This document shows positions 38,601 to 53,600 of a DNA stretch of 64,000 nucleotides, one piece after another. Source of the DNA: Callorhinchus milii (lineage: Eukaryota); NCBI RefSeq assembly GCF_018977255.1, contig NW_024704742.1:76448001-76512000 (forward strand). Direction: 5' to 3'. How positions within the stretch are numbered: the first letter of the stretch is position 1; the number at the start of each line of letters is the position of its first letter. The notes beneath the pieces were generated by a model, which was not told where the DNA came from, searched no databases, and worked only from the letters and a program-made list of their open reading frames with translations. The translations under genes and the position numbers were made by a program.

Positions 38601-41600
38601 ACAAACAACAGGTGGAAGAAGACAACTGTGGGTTTCTCCCATACAATCCATATCTCTCTCAGCTCTTCAACTCTCATATCAATGTCGAGTTTTGCATCTC
38701 TGTTAAGAGCATTAAATATGTGTGCAAATATGTAAACAAGGGATGCAATATGGCTGTGATTGGACTTGAGAGAGAGGAAGTCCGAAGAGACGAGGCAACA
38801 TACAGATGGGCCAATATGTGAGCACCAAAGAAGCAATCTGTAGAACTTTGGGCTTCTACATACATGATCAATATCTCGTGGTCCAACACCTTCAGGTTCA
38901 CCTTGAAAATGAGCAAAGGGTGTTTTTTTACAGAAGTAAATGTTCGGTACTTCTATTGAAGTCTAGCCCTGTGTCAAGTCCAGTGATGCGCTCAGCAGGG
39001 TGTACACAGTGATCCAATCTGGAACGCATTGCCTGAAAGGGTGGTGGAGACCGATTCGATAACTACTTTTAAAAACGCTGTGGACGGGTATTTAAGGAGG
39101 ATGGGTTTGCAGGGCTATGGGAAGGGCTGGGGAGTGGGATTGACATTACATTGCTCTTCTCAAAGAGTTGGCACAGACTCGATGGGCCGAATGGCCTCTT
39201 TTCGTGCTGTACGATTCTATGATTCTATGATATAGCAGAGCACAGAAACAAAGTTTTCCCAAACATTAGCCATAACTATGCAAATCATAAGTGGTTGTGT
39301 CCACGAGCAATCCTTGCTCCAAAAAATGAGTCTGCCAACAAGATCAATTCCCAGCTCCTCAATGACATCCCTGGTCAAGAAACTGTGTACAAGTCCATCG
39401 ATACTGTTCCTGACATTGAAAATGCTGTCAACTACCCAACTGAGCTTTTAAACTCTTTGCAACTATCTGGTATAACTCCACACAAATTCATACTAAAGCA
39501 TGGATGCATAATCATGCTGCTGAGGAATCTAGATGTACTGAAGCTATGCAATAGCACAAGGTTGGTAGTAAAGCAGTTGATGCCACATGTTATAGAAGCA
39601 ACTATTCTGACTGGTCAGTTCAAAGGGGAAGTTGTATTCATTCTTTGCATCCCACTGCTCCCAAGTGACTACCTTTTTGAGTTCAAAAAGCTCCAATTCC
39701 CTGTTCAAATGTGCTTTGCCATGTCAATTAACAAGGCAGAGGGACAGAGCTTAAAAGTTGCTATCCTTTTCTTGAATGTACCCTGTTTTTCCCATGGACA
39801 ATTCTATGTTGGATGCTCACGTGTGGGTTCATCTCAAAATCTGTACATCATGGCCGAAGGAGGAAAAACTGCAAATGTTGCCGACACGGAAACCTTGCAA
39901 TAACTCGAGGACCTGTCGGATCATACAGTAAACCCTTTGGTTAGTGGAGCTTTGATAAGATCTTCTATCGTTCATGAGCTATGACCTAAACAAGCTCATC
40001 ACACATGTATGCAGTTTTGCTTAAGGTGTACACACAGTGTTTTTGGCATGTTAAATGGTTTGTGAGTAGTATCATTGAAACCTACATTCCATATTGAATC
40101 CTTTGGTTGCAAGCATAGCTGCAACGGGTACAGGTAGTATTATATAAAGTACTAGCTGTACCCATTGCAGCTACACTTGCTACCAATGGATCCAATATGG
40201 AATGTGGATTGACACGCGGACAGACACACAGACAGACATTTCATCCTTATCGATACTCAACTGCGAGGACTCCTGTGGGAGGACTCATTTTGGCTGTGCT
40301 GTTCTTTGAGTGGGCATCTAATTTTTGCATGCTGTTGCAGTCCTTTCAGCATTGAAGTGCAGCCACGCTGTTCTTTCTTCTTCAGTTTCATTTAATGGGC
40401 CTTCTCTCTTTTGTATAGGATTTTTACTTATCCTTGAAAGATTTGATTTTTGCTTAGGCATCTTTATAATGATAAATATAAACGTATAATTTATAACACT
40501 GGGATGACTTCCCGACGTGAAAGCGCTTTAAAAATGTAATTTTGTTGTGGTTGCCATAACTTAGCTTAATCTGTGTTTTTTATTTTGTTCCAGCTGCCAC
40601 TTGGCATTGTGTGTATTTTGTGATGAAAGATGCCACAGCACCACAGTCAGCCGGCGCAGTCACCAGGTGTAACTGCAGTGTGTACATGCGTAGGTGCTCT
40701 GTGACGCACGATGCCATAGAGCCACTTTGACTTGGCGACCACCGGGTGTAGCTGGTGAAAAATGCAAAACTGAAATACATTTTAGGACATAACTCATGAA
40801 TGATAGGAGATATGCCCATGTCACTCCCAGTTTCAAGACCTTTCCGATGAGGTATAAATGATTTTTCTACGTCATTGGTTATTGAGATCCTTTTTGAAGC
40901 ACATGCAGGCAGACAGCATTGTCATTTTATTAGATAGAAGAAGATAATCACTGGCACAGACTATTTGTCCTTTACAGTGTGGTATTGTTTATGTAATTTT
41001 ATCATCCAGCCAGGATAGAAACGCAGGAAAAACAAACCCATCACTTCTCTACCTCTGTACCCAACCTCCAAAAAGCAATATTACTTAGATAACCATGTTT
41101 CTTTCCTTGTGAAGGCTTTCAATTATTTTTTCCTTTCTACTCCCTCCTGTACCTTGTACAGTGGCTATTCACATTAGAGCTCAGTGATTGCCAGCAAACT
41201 ACGGAAATGGCGAGAGTGGGGGAGGGGGGGGGGGGGGGGGGAGGGACAGTTGACATTCACAATGTGAATCTTCACATTATTATGATACAATATACACATT
41301 CTACATCTACACTTTGGATAACCTCAGTCCGTCCAACTGCAATGAACCTCAGAAACTTTATTGTACATGGGCACATTTTTAAGATGGAGGTGATAATTTG
41401 TTTGGAATACTGAAAAACTGAAACAGCACCAAAGATTGTCAAAGATTACTACTGGCCCCTCCTACAAAAATAATACAAAATATCCAGACCGTTGATTGGT
41501 CTGCAGGGGCACTTCCAGCATTTTCTGGTTTTACTGTTCGTCTCTAAAGATGTGTCAGTGTGGTTTTGATTCTATTATGTAGACTAAAGTTTTGCTGTAT

Positions 41601-44600
41601 AAATCATCAATGAATAAGGAAAGGGATAAGGAACAATCCAAGGTGAAGATACCCAACTGGAAGAGGGCTATTTTCAAAGAGTTGAAAAGGGAGCTGGCCC
41701 ATGTGGATTGGAAACAAAGATTGGCAGGAAAACAGTAAATGAACAATGAGGCCTTCAAGGAGGAGATAGTTCGGGTACAGACTAAACACATTCCAATAAA
41801 GGGAAAAGGTAGGGTATTCAAAGCTAATGCTCTCTGGATAACTAAAGAAATTGAGATTAAAATGAAACAGAAAAAGGAAGCTTATGATGAATGACAGATT
41901 CATAACATAGTAGAGAATAAAGTAGAATATGGAAAGTGCAGCAGAGAACTGGAAAAGGGAATAAGAGAGACAAAAAGAGAGCATGAGAAAAGATTAGCGG
42001 GTAACATAAAGAGGAACACCAAAGTATTTTATAAACATATTAACAACAACAAGATTACATTTGTATAGTGCCTTTCACGTCGGGAGGACATCCCAAGGCG
42101 CTAGACAGTGTACAGCATTTCAGACCCGAACTGGAGTCAGGGGGGAGAGGGGAGGGGAAGGGGCTTGACCAATGGCATGGTCGAAGAGGAGGGTTTTGAG
42201 GCGGGACTTGAAGGAGGCTAAGGAGGGGGTGAGGAAGAGTAATTGGGGGATGGAGTTCCAGAGGTTAGGGGCAGAGTGGCTGAAGGCTCTCCCGCCAATG
42301 GTGGGGTGGGTGGGTCAGGGGACGTGGAGCAGGCCGGAGCTGGCTGAGTGCAGGGAGTGGGCGGGTTGGTAGGAGGTTAGGAGGTCACAGAGATAGGGTG
42401 GGGCGAGAGCATTGAGGTAATTACATATTAAGAGTAGAAGGATGGTCAAAGGAAGGTTGGGGCCAATTAGGGACCAAAAAAGAAAGCTTCTTGTGGAGGC
42501 AGAGGGCATGACTGAGGTATTGAATGAGTACTTTGCATCTGTCTTCATAAAAGAAGAGGATGCTGTTAATGTCACAGTAAAGGAGGAGGCAGTAGAGAAA
42601 TTGGATAAGATGAAATTGATAGAGGAGGTATTGAAAAGATTGGCAATGCTCAAAATAAAAGTGACCTGAATGGAAGTGGTCTTTTGTCAATTATCTTAAA
42701 TGTGGTCTGAATGGAAGGCATCCTAGGTTGCTGAGGGACGTCTGGGTGGAAATAACAGAGGCTCTGGCCCCAATCTTTCAATCTTCCTTGGATATAGGAG
42801 TGGTGCCAGAGGGTTGCTAATGTTACACCTCTGTTCAAAAAAGGGGAGAGGGATAAACCTGGTAACTACAGGCCAGTCAGCCTAATGTCGATAATAGGGA
42901 AACTTCCAGAGACGGTTTCTTCTGGTGGATGGGTTGGTTACCAAAGGACACAGATTTAAGATAATTAGCAAAAGAACCAGAGGGGAAAGTAGGAGATTTT
43001 TTTTTACCCAGAGAGTTGTACAGTCTGGAATGCACTGCCTGATAGGGTGGTGGAAGTAGGTTCGATAATAGCTTTCAAAAGGGAATTGGAAAGGGACTTA
43101 AAAAGGAAGAATTTGCAGGGCTATGGGGTAAGAGCGGGAGAGTGGAACAAGTTGGTAGCTCTTTCAAAGAGCCAGCACAGGCATGATGGGTTGAATGGCC
43201 TCCTTCTGTACTATAAGATTGTATGCTATGGAAAGCTCCAAATCAGACTTGAGTAGTTGAGAAATGGAGATGAATATTCTGGTGTGGTTTTGGTCAACAG
43301 AAAGTGCAATGTAGTAAATTTGATTAGGTCCTGACCCCTGACTGTCCAGCGCCTTGGGACATCCTCCCGACGTGAAAGACACTCTATAAATGTAATTTTG
43401 TTATTGTTGTTGTTGCATGTTGGCAAATGTGACAACCAATAATAATACTTGCACTTAATGTTGTTTCTTTCATATCGGGAAGACGTCCAAAGTGCTTCAC
43501 AAGATTTACTTTGAAATGGAGTTACTGCATATTTGTGGGCTAACACAACACAACAATTGCATGCAGCAATGTCCCACAAACAGACATTAAAATAGTGACC
43601 TATTTTACTTATCTGTTTGTTTATTGACCAATCTATGAAATGTCCCTGAAACGGTGAGATAAAAGAGACAATTAATCTGAATTTTTGGGGTGAGTTTGGG
43701 CAAGGGAGAAATATTGGCCAGGATACATAACATGAATGTTAAAATACATGGGGAGGAAACAAGTTCAAGAATCAGAGGAAGCAAAAAAGATTAATTAGAA
43801 AATATACAAGTGGGAAAAGGGATGAAAATCACAAAATTTCAACAGTACCAATCATAAGAGGTACAGTATGAAGATTAATGCACCGTATCAGGTACATTTC
43901 TAAAGAATGTTCATGACGCTCTTCTTTGAACAGCAAACACATTGATAATAGGAGAAACTTTATTCCTAGTGCCAATCTTTTTTTCTTCTCTAATTGTTAA
44001 GCAAATCAAGATTCTTGGCTTTATAAATACCACACCCACAGTGTTAAGGCAAACTTAAGGTTGCAGGGTTTCATGAAAAAAGTTCTCTTTTCTCCCCTAC
44101 CCCCAACAAATAACAAATCAAACAAAGGATTTTGACCTTTACGAAAATTGCTGGCAAGCACCACATTCTTTTATGTGTATAACACAGGGCAGTACTCAAA
44201 AATATCTCAAAAGCAGAGCCTAACTTGCTGGCTGCAATTTTTCAGCCAGAAACTAGAGAAGGTATATGTTGGAGAATGGGACATTGGTTGTATGTAGTAG
44301 CAGCTGGGGATTATTCCCCTTGTGAGTACAGTGGAAAATGGCATAATGTGCAAAACCAAAGATAGCAAATCAACTTTGTAGTACAAAGACCAAAGTCCCC
44401 TAACTGCTCAACTATAGAGGCAGATGGGTCGAGCTTGGATGGACAACAGGATCCTCACAGGGCCAACACAGGCCAACACCATCTACTTGGATGGGAGTTG
44501 AAAGGAATTGTAGATGCTGATGTGTAAACAATTTGCATTTATACAGCGCATTTCAGATGCACAGAATGTCTCAACGTGCTTTAATAGAAGCCCAAGTTGA

Positions 44601-47600
44601 GAAGGAGGTACGGAGTGTCGATACAGATGACAAAAAATACAGTCAAACAGCTAGTTTTTAAATACAGAATGTGGGGTGAGGTGAAGAAATGTTGGAGGCA
44701 AGGTTAAGAGATGTTGGAAGCGAGTTCTGGAGATTGGAGGTAACGTGGCTTGAAAGCTCGTTCTGTCCTCCATCGTCACGCAAGTGGGGAGGCATGAAAC
44801 AGGACATAGTTTGGAAGAATGGAGGGTAGTGGCTGTGTGAAAATTAGTCTTAGAATTAGAAAAAGGCCATTTAAGAGTGAAATCAGGAAGCATTTTTTTT
44901 CACTCAAAGGGTGGTAGAAATCTGGAATCCTTCTGAATAAAGAAGAAAACTGCCTGATATCTGTCCCAAAATTGTTCTTTACGACTCTAAAGTCCTCATG
45001 CATCCTAAAGTATTGAACAATATGATACAAATTGACATTTCACATCGGTAGGGCGTCTCAAGGTGCCTGACAGTCCTGGCTTGGCACTTGAGCTCAGGTG
45101 GAAACTGAGGAAAAGCACGGACAAAGATGTAGGTCTTCAAATAGATCTTGAACGAAATGAAAGAGAGAGAGAGAGAGAGAGTCGGTGGGACTGTGAAATG
45201 GAGTTCTAGAGAATAGGGGCAGATAAGTTGAAAGCCTGATTGCTGATAGTGAGGCGAGTAGGGCAGGAGACATGAAGCAGGTCTGTACCCACTAAGGAAA
45301 GGGAGCAATTGAGTTCATAGAATCATACAGCACAGAAAGAGGCCATTCGGCCCATCGCGTCTGCGCCGGCTCCTAAAAGAGCAATCCAACTCAAATCCAC
45401 TGGCCCACTTTCTCTCCATAGCCCTGCAATCCTGTTCTCCCCAAATACCCATCTACTTCTCTCTTAAAAGTTATTATTGAATCTGCTTCCACTACCCTTT
45501 CAGGCAATGCATTCCAGTTGGTAGGGGTTGAGGAGATCACAAGAGATATGGTCAGGCAATACCATAGTAGGATTTTAAGTGATGACAAGGATCTTGATTT
45601 TGATCCATTGGGGTTAGGGAACCAATGGAGGATGGGGGCGATAGGCTCATGGAGCCTGGTGTGAGAAAGCACATGATGTCTCTTGCTCTGACAGCACAAA
45701 CCTTTGTTCTATTAAACCCAAAGGTAGACAAGGTTTCTAATCTGAATAGTTTTAGAAATACGAGACCATTTCTCACAATACTACACCAATGTTTTTGTTA
45801 TCCCGCTTAGGTTGAACAACAGCCTGGTATTTGGCGTGTGGTGCCCTGTAACCAGTGCATTTCACAACCAGACAGCGGAGTTTAACTCCACTATTTGATA
45901 CAGTGGAGCTAAAAATTTAACGATAAGCATGAAACTTCAGATAGATGTGAGGTTTCTTAGCCCTAAATATGCTTTCTTTGCCTTTTTAGGCACAATATTT
46001 GCAAAAGTATCGGAACAATATTACTTTCTAACAGAAATATATTTCATTGGTTAAATTAGCACTTATCAGTGCTTCAGTAAATGCCCAAAGCTAACCAATT
46101 TACATCTTAAAATTAAAAAAAATTAACAAAGTTTTTTGGGGTGCTTTAAAGCATTATCACAAGTGTCTATTGAAACTGAGTCAATTACATCATTTAAAAT
46201 GCAATCAGAGAAATACTTCAAAAATAAAGATTTTAGCTGCGGTGGGGGAGTAAGCCTCAGCACAGACACGATGGTCTCTTTCTGTGCTGATGTGTTTATG
46301 ATTCTGCAAATTGTTTTTTCCATTCCAGATAGGTTTGGTTGGATGGAACTGTTCAACCTCATAAACTTGATGTTTTTAGTTAGTGAGTCAGGCATAAGAG
46401 AGAGAGATAATCTGTTGTATGATGCACTGAAATGTGCTCAATCATGAACTTCATGATTGCACAAGAATAGTTTAATGTACAACTGTTAACACAGATAGAA
46501 ACATAGCAGCAGAGCTAAAGGGGTGAGATGCCATAATACAACAGATTATACATCTGTTAGCCTGGTTCAGTTGGTAGCATTCTCACCTCCGATTCCAAAA
46601 GTTCACTTACAAATTCTACAGTCACTCCACATTACAGTAAATCCAGCAAAATACTTTGAAATGACCTCCCAACTTGTGAGGTGTGATATCAAATGCAAGG
46701 ATTATTATTACTACATCAGGAAAGGAAATAACGTACTTTTTTACATTGCTTATCTTACAAAATTATAAGCTTGTAAATTCTTAAGAGTGAAATGAGAAAC
46801 TGTACCATTGAATTTGAAAAGACAATATTTCTCAGTTACGTTTTCTCTGCTATTCCTGTTTCCAGTACTGTTTTTGCATTTTTGGTCCATTCCAAAAAAT
46901 TTTTTTGTCACTCAATGCACAACTGTTTGTGGGACACTGCTAAGTGCAATTAGCTGCTGTGTTTCACCCCCATAATACACAGTCTATCCATTTTACAATA
47001 CATTCTGTGAAGGGCTTTAAAACGTCTCAACAATGTGATAAGGTGCTATATCAAATGCAAGGATTATTATATTTACTTTGGAATATTTTATTCATAGAAT
47101 CTTTGAATGAAAAATTAATACTGGATCAATGATTCACTATTGAATGAAGTTGCATTGGGCTGGAACATTTTTGATATCTCTGAGTCTGCTGGTCTCTGCT
47201 TTTCTTGAATCAACCATGGTCAAGACACGATTGTGAAATTATTTTCTCCCATAGCAGGACAACGCTGTGGGTGGCTGGAATTCCTAGGTGCAGTCCACTC
47301 AGCTCACTTTGAGAAACATGGACCTCATGCAATTCTCAGAACTATTATCTGTCTGTACGTTAGTTTTAGAAATTAATGGGCAGTACCTAGCGATAAGTCA
47401 ATAGAGATTGATTGTTTAGTTCAGATGTGATAAAACCGTCAACTAAAACAGAAGTTATTATTACAAAAAATACAAAATAACATTTATATAGCACCTTTCA
47501 CATCGGGAGGATGTCCCAAGGCGCTGGATAGTCAGCGATTTATACCCGAGCAGGGGGTTGGGATCAGGGAGGGTAGGGAGGGTGGTCGAAGGCACGGTTG

Positions 47601-50600
47601 AGAAGAGGGTCTTGTGATGTGCCTTGAAGAAGGCAAGGGTGGAAGTGAGGTAAAGGGAGTGTGGGATGGAGTTCCAAAGGGTGGGGGCAGAGAGGCTTAA
47701 GACCTGACTGCCGATGGTGGGGGATGTGAGACCATACTTAGAGTACTGTGTACAGTTCTAATCGCCGCAGTACAAAAAGGATATTGGAGAAATCGAGATG
47801 ATATAGAGGAGGGCAGCCAAAATGATTGAGGGAATGGAAGGACTGACTATGAGGAGCAACTAAATAAATTGGGCTAAGTTCACGCAGGAAAAGAGAAGAT
47901 TGAGAGGCAACATGATTGCTGTCTTTAAGGGGCCAGACAATATAGATCATGAGAGGCTGTTTCATCTTGTTCAGAATAGTAGAACCAGAGGACACTGCCT
48001 GCGATTGAAGGGCGGTAAATTCAGAACGAATAATAATAATAATCCTTGCATTTGATATAGCGCTTTTCACGTCGGGAGGACATCCCAAAGCGCTTCACAG
48101 AACACACTGTAAAGTGAATTGACTGTATATTTGTGGGCGAACGCGGCAACCAATTGCGCACAGCATTGTCCCACAAACAGTCGTAGATTGAAAATGACCA
48201 ATTTATTATTGTTTTTGTTTTTTGGAGGGATTATTATTAGGCGTGTGGAGTAAGGAAACTTGCCCAAGGTTTCGCCCTGACTGGAATTGAACTCAGGTCT
48301 TTCGCTTGCAATGCGAGTGCTCTAACCACTGAGCTACAGGACTCCACGAATCTACGGAAACACTATTTCAGTGAGCGAATAGTGAAGCTGTGGAACAGGC
48401 TCCTTAGGGAGACGGTTGAAGCAGAAAGTGTCGATTTTTTCAAACACAGATTAGATAGTTTCCTTTTAGGAAATAACATTATGGGATACAATACATAGGT
48501 AGTTTGGGACATATATCCATGCGACCGCCAGGAAGGTAGAAGGCGAACTAGATGGACCTTAATCTTTTACATCTAGCATTTCCTATGTTCTTATGTTCTT
48601 ACTTATTAAGATCAAAGCTACATTCCATCAAGCACCTTTTAAATGTCTTACCTGTGCAGTTCTTTTCCCCTTTTTGATGGCACAAGTTTTCATGCACTTC
48701 CATTGTGCGGGTGGAATTTACATCAGCAGCTGCACAGTTACACCAGGTAAAGCCTAAGCACATGAAAAAAGTACATAAGTTACTTTCAAACATGAATCCA
48801 GCTACACTTCAGATATAAATACAGTTGCTGCACTTTACAGTATATCCTGTGAAGCACTTTGAGATGCTCTCTGATGTAAAAAGCACTATATCAAATGCAA
48901 AGATTATTATTATCTTTTACATTTCTAATAAAATGTTTGCATTTAAAATACACAGTCACTTCACTTACAATGAAATCCTGTGAAGAAATCCTGCAGACAT
49001 GAAAGCCATTATATCAAATATAAAGAATAGTAGAATTTGATTCTTTAGCTATATTTGATCTGAGAGAAAACACTGCCATTATCTTTTGTTGTACGAGAAA
49101 GGCTATTCACGGTTATGCAGCTGTTTCAAGAATCAATTTTTTGTTACATCTTTGATTGAAACACAAAGTTAAGAACTCAGAAAAGTTGGTGATAGTGCAG
49201 ATCCAATACGTTTGAAATTGAAAGCGAACGTTGAAACTCCTGATATTTTCTCAGTCTTCTTATTTCAATGCGATACATCATATTTCAATTGGGCAATTTT
49301 ATTTTCCAAAGTGCTCTGAGATCTTTACCTGTCAGGAAAAAAATTTAGTGGAGAACATTGAAACTATAGAGCTGTGAAGAATGATTGGAGCTCAAGGTTA
49401 TTTTTTTTTACATTTGGTACAGTGCCTTTTATGTCAGGGGGAGTGTCCCAAAACACTTCACAGGATGTACTGTAATGCAGTGACTGATTTGTGGGCGAAT
49501 GTGGCAGCCAGTTTGCGCACAGCAATGTCCCCCAAATGATCAATTTTATTTGGTTCATATTGTTTATACTGCGCTTTTCACTGAAATTCTGAGTAAATTA
49601 TGCTGGAGTCTTACTGATGGAATCCAACCCGGAGAGGTGATTTTGGCAGCACGTTAATTTGACGAATTTAATGTCACGTGAATACAATTGGGTTCTGTTC
49701 AGCAACAGTCTAATGAAGTATAAGAAACTTTTTGAATGTTAATAAACCACAAGAACTTGAATTGATATAGCACTCTTCAGGTAACATCTTGGAGCATTTT
49801 ACAGGGAATGGGGTTGAATGTTGAGCAAAGGAAAGGGGAAAGGGGAAGGTGGCCATAGACATCTTCAAAGAGGTAGAATTTGAGGTAGAACTCATACACA
49901 AAAAGAGGTTACAAACACAGGAATTCAAGGCTCAGCCATTAATGGTGGCACAGAAAGGGCAAGAACCTGCAACAAGTCCAAGTTAGCTGACTGGAGTAGG
50001 ATAGGAGAAGATCAAAGAGATAAGGAAGTACCATGGAGTGGATGGATTTGTAGGTGAGGGTAAGGATCCTGAAATTGATCTGCTGGGAGCCAGTGGTGAC
50101 TGGCAAGGGAGTGGAGACCGGTGATGGGAGTGCAGAGTTTAGTGAGGATGCGGGCAGCAGAGTTTTGAATGAGTTGCAGATTGTGTATGGTGGAGCAGGG
50201 AGCCCAGCATTGGAAAAGTTTAAGAGGGATGTGACGAATGCGTGAATAAGCATTTCAAGAGCACTGGATAGGACATAGGAGTGAAGGCGGGCAATGTGGC
50301 AGAGGTGAAGGAAGATGGCCCAGGTGAGGGAACCAGATGTAAGGAAGAACAGATAGCTAGGGATTGAAGCAGGTCATGTGAACAGTCCTTTGATGACGTT
50401 ATGAAATGATGTGCTTGGAGCTCTGTAGCATATTGGTTAGAGCACTCGCCTCACATGCGAGAGGACCTGGGTTCGATTCCCAGCAGGGTGAACCATTTGG
50501 CAAGTTACCTTACTCCACCCGCCCCTGTTTACCTAGCAGTAAGTAGGAACCCAATTGTTTGTCAATTGGCAGATCACTTTTCCGGGGTAATATTCCCTTA

Positions 50601-53600
50601 AAAAGTTTTTTAAAAACTGTTTGTAGGACACTGCAGTTTGCAATTGGCTGCCGCATTTTGCCCACAAAATATATGGTCAATTCACTTTACAGTATATTCT
50701 GTGATAAGGTGCCACGTCAAATGCAAGGATTATTATTATTACTATTAAGGCCTTGGGACATCCTCCTGATGTGAAAGGCACTATACAAATGTAATTTGTT
50801 GTTGTTGCTATGCTTGAAGAGCCGCCAGAGAGAGTGGTCAGCAGCGGGAAGCATAAATCCAATTTCTTGCTTGGCATTGATTACTCTACTCCTAGAAGCA
50901 CATCAAAAATATAAACCAGGCATCAAGTGCTTATAACACTCTACATGCTCCCCATTGGTGACATCATCCGCAGACATGGGGGAAATTTCCACATGTTTGC
51001 AGATGATACCCAACTCTACCTCTCTGCCTCCACCCTGAGCTCCACGACTACTGGCGTTCTGACATCAAATCCTGGATGAGAGCCAACTTTCTCCAACTCA
51101 ACGTCAGCAAGACCGAGGCCCTCCTGATTGGTTAGCGCCAGCGCCTCCACACCTCGGGCGCTGGCAGCATCAGCCTCCACGGCTGCACAGTCAACCTCAC
51201 TAAGCCAGTCAGGAACCTGGGTATCTTGTTTGACCCTGAACTGTCGTTTCACCCCCACATCTGCACCATGACCGGCACTGCCTACCACCACCTCCGCAAC
51301 ATTGCCAGACTCCGCCAATGCCTCACCCCTCAGGCTGCCGAAACCCTCACCCACGCATTCGTCACCTCAAGGCTCGATTATGGAAATTCTCTCCTCATTG
51401 GCTTTCCCAACTCTTCCCTTCACAAGCTGCAGATCATCCAAAATCCTGCAGCTCATGTACTCTCACGCACCAGGTTCCGTGACCCCATCATTCATACCCT
51501 CCCCCTCTTCCAATGGCAGCTGTCTTCAAGTCAGAAAACAACTGACAACATCATTTTTATGAGCTTTCTATCAGGGCTCATTTAGGCATCTTTAAATTTG
51601 ATCAAAGGGTCCTAAAAACAAAAACTATTTCTTTCTAGCTGAATCCACTATCAGATGGCTGGCTATAAAATAACTGCACAATTGTTAGATGTCATTTTCA
51701 AGAGTCATAAATTACTCTGACTGGAAGCTTTTATTTAACAATACTTTATTGCTTTGAACTGCAATCAAATATTTTAAAAGGCATCTTTTGGAATTTCTAC
51801 TCTTATCTGCAGTTTATAGGTAAGTTGGAGACTTCAACAGATTCAGGGCACAGACACAGGAATGAAAATAACTCCTACAAACTTACTGATATATAATCTG
51901 CATGGGCAACAACAATGTTCAAACAATAATTTAAAACAATTTGCACTTGTAGGTGCTTGTCATAGAGTGAGTGAGAACTCGAGATGAGAGAGAGAGCTGT
52001 GTGGGAGGATAGGGGAGAAGTTTGCTGAACATGAGGTCAAATAAATTTTTAGATAGGTTTTGAAAGCTGAGATGGTGGGTGCGAGTTGGAGGAAATTGGG
52101 AAGAAAGCTCCAGAAAGTGTGGGCAAAGTGATGAAGGTTTGTCTGATTACGGCGGGCATAAAGCAGGCCAGTGGTGGTGGATTAGAGGTAGTGGATTCCA
52201 GGAGATTGCTGAAGTAGGGTGGAGTAAGAATAAGGAAGCATTTGAAAGTAAGCACAAGGATTTCTGAAGTTGATCTGCTGGAGGATAAGAAGCCAGAGGA
52301 GGATACTTTCAGGTTTTGTGTGTATCCTTACAACGTCAACATTTTTGCTGTCTTCATTACAAGTATGGGATAATAAATCTTTGATTAGATTAATTACTTC
52401 CAAGCAAATATTCACAAGAGGCATTTAAGAAAAGACTTCCATGGAAGTCTAAGAAATCTAAGCCAGGGAAAGATCATAACCAACCAAAAGCTCACAATTG
52501 TATCCACCGAATAATAGAAAAATCATGAAAAACAAACCTTTGCAGTATATACAGCCTTCATGTACCATCATCAACAAGTTGCAGTTCATCAAAACAGCCT
52601 GCTCATACCCTTACCCACACAAAGCTTTGCATCTCCATCACCCCATTGTTGCCAGGCTCCACCATCTCCCCATTTTCCTGTAGGTCAACTTCAAGATCCT
52701 CACTCATGTCTACACATCCCTTCACTCCCTCACCCTTCTCATTCTTCAATGATCTTCTCCAGCCTCACTCTACTGCTCATTCCCCTGCTCGGCTAACTCC
52801 GACTGCTTCATATCTCCTCAACCCTGTCTAAAGTCACCTGCGGCTTGGTGTTTGGTACCATCTCTGTGAAGTTCTCTGAGATTTTACTCTAATTTAAAAG
52901 TACTACATAAATATGATTGTTTTATGTAAGTGTTCTCAAACTTGAGCAACATTCAAAAGACCAAGGGAAAAAAAGAACTGAATAAATTCAGCTCAATAAG
53001 AACAAAAAAAACTTTGATCGTAGAATTATTATATCCTTTTTCATTTTATTAGACGATAACAAACCTTCATTTTTATAATAATCCTTGCATTACATATGTT
53101 GCCTTATCACTTCGCCAAAACATTTCAAAGCACTTCACAAGATTTTTCTGTAAAATGCAATGACTGCATTTGTAGGCAAACATATGGCCCTTGCTGGCTG
53201 ACTGCAATATTTTAAAGCTGCTTTATAGAGTATGACACATCTAAATAATTCACGATGTCCGCACCTAGGATTAATATTTCAATCGTCCTTTCATTTTCAG
53301 CTGTATTTCATCCCATTATACTTTTCTTTCTATACAGAATCTAACCTCCCAATACTCACTGACTCACATGAATAATAGCACATGGGTGAGGTCGCAAAGG
53401 GCAGCCGACTCCCTTGGAAAATTCCCAAACAGAAAGAAAGTGTCAAAATGCCTTCAGGAAAGGAGGAGGAGGAAATTGGAAGAAAAAAATATATATAGGA
53501 AATAACATTTTGTTTTAATTGAACAATTCAATTTTCTATAAGGACAACATAAAAAGAAAATTTGATAGCATACTACTGGCATGGCTAGGTTCCTATCTCA

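Larger units (their letters stand above)
37300..40137 (+). mobile_element. Helitron (rolling-circle transposon), decayed and internally deleted autonomous-type copy
   Basis: 5' end A|TCTATACTAATAAAATG; 3' hairpin gttgcaagcatagctgcaac ending 12 nt before terminal GTAG|T (CTAG variant); Rep and PIF1 helicase remnants inside. Confidence 0.9.

Noticed and set aside
39295..39903. Cellular PIF1 helicase gene
   Set aside because: Intronless C-terminal fragment without Walker A, lying inside Helitron termini next to Rep remnants.
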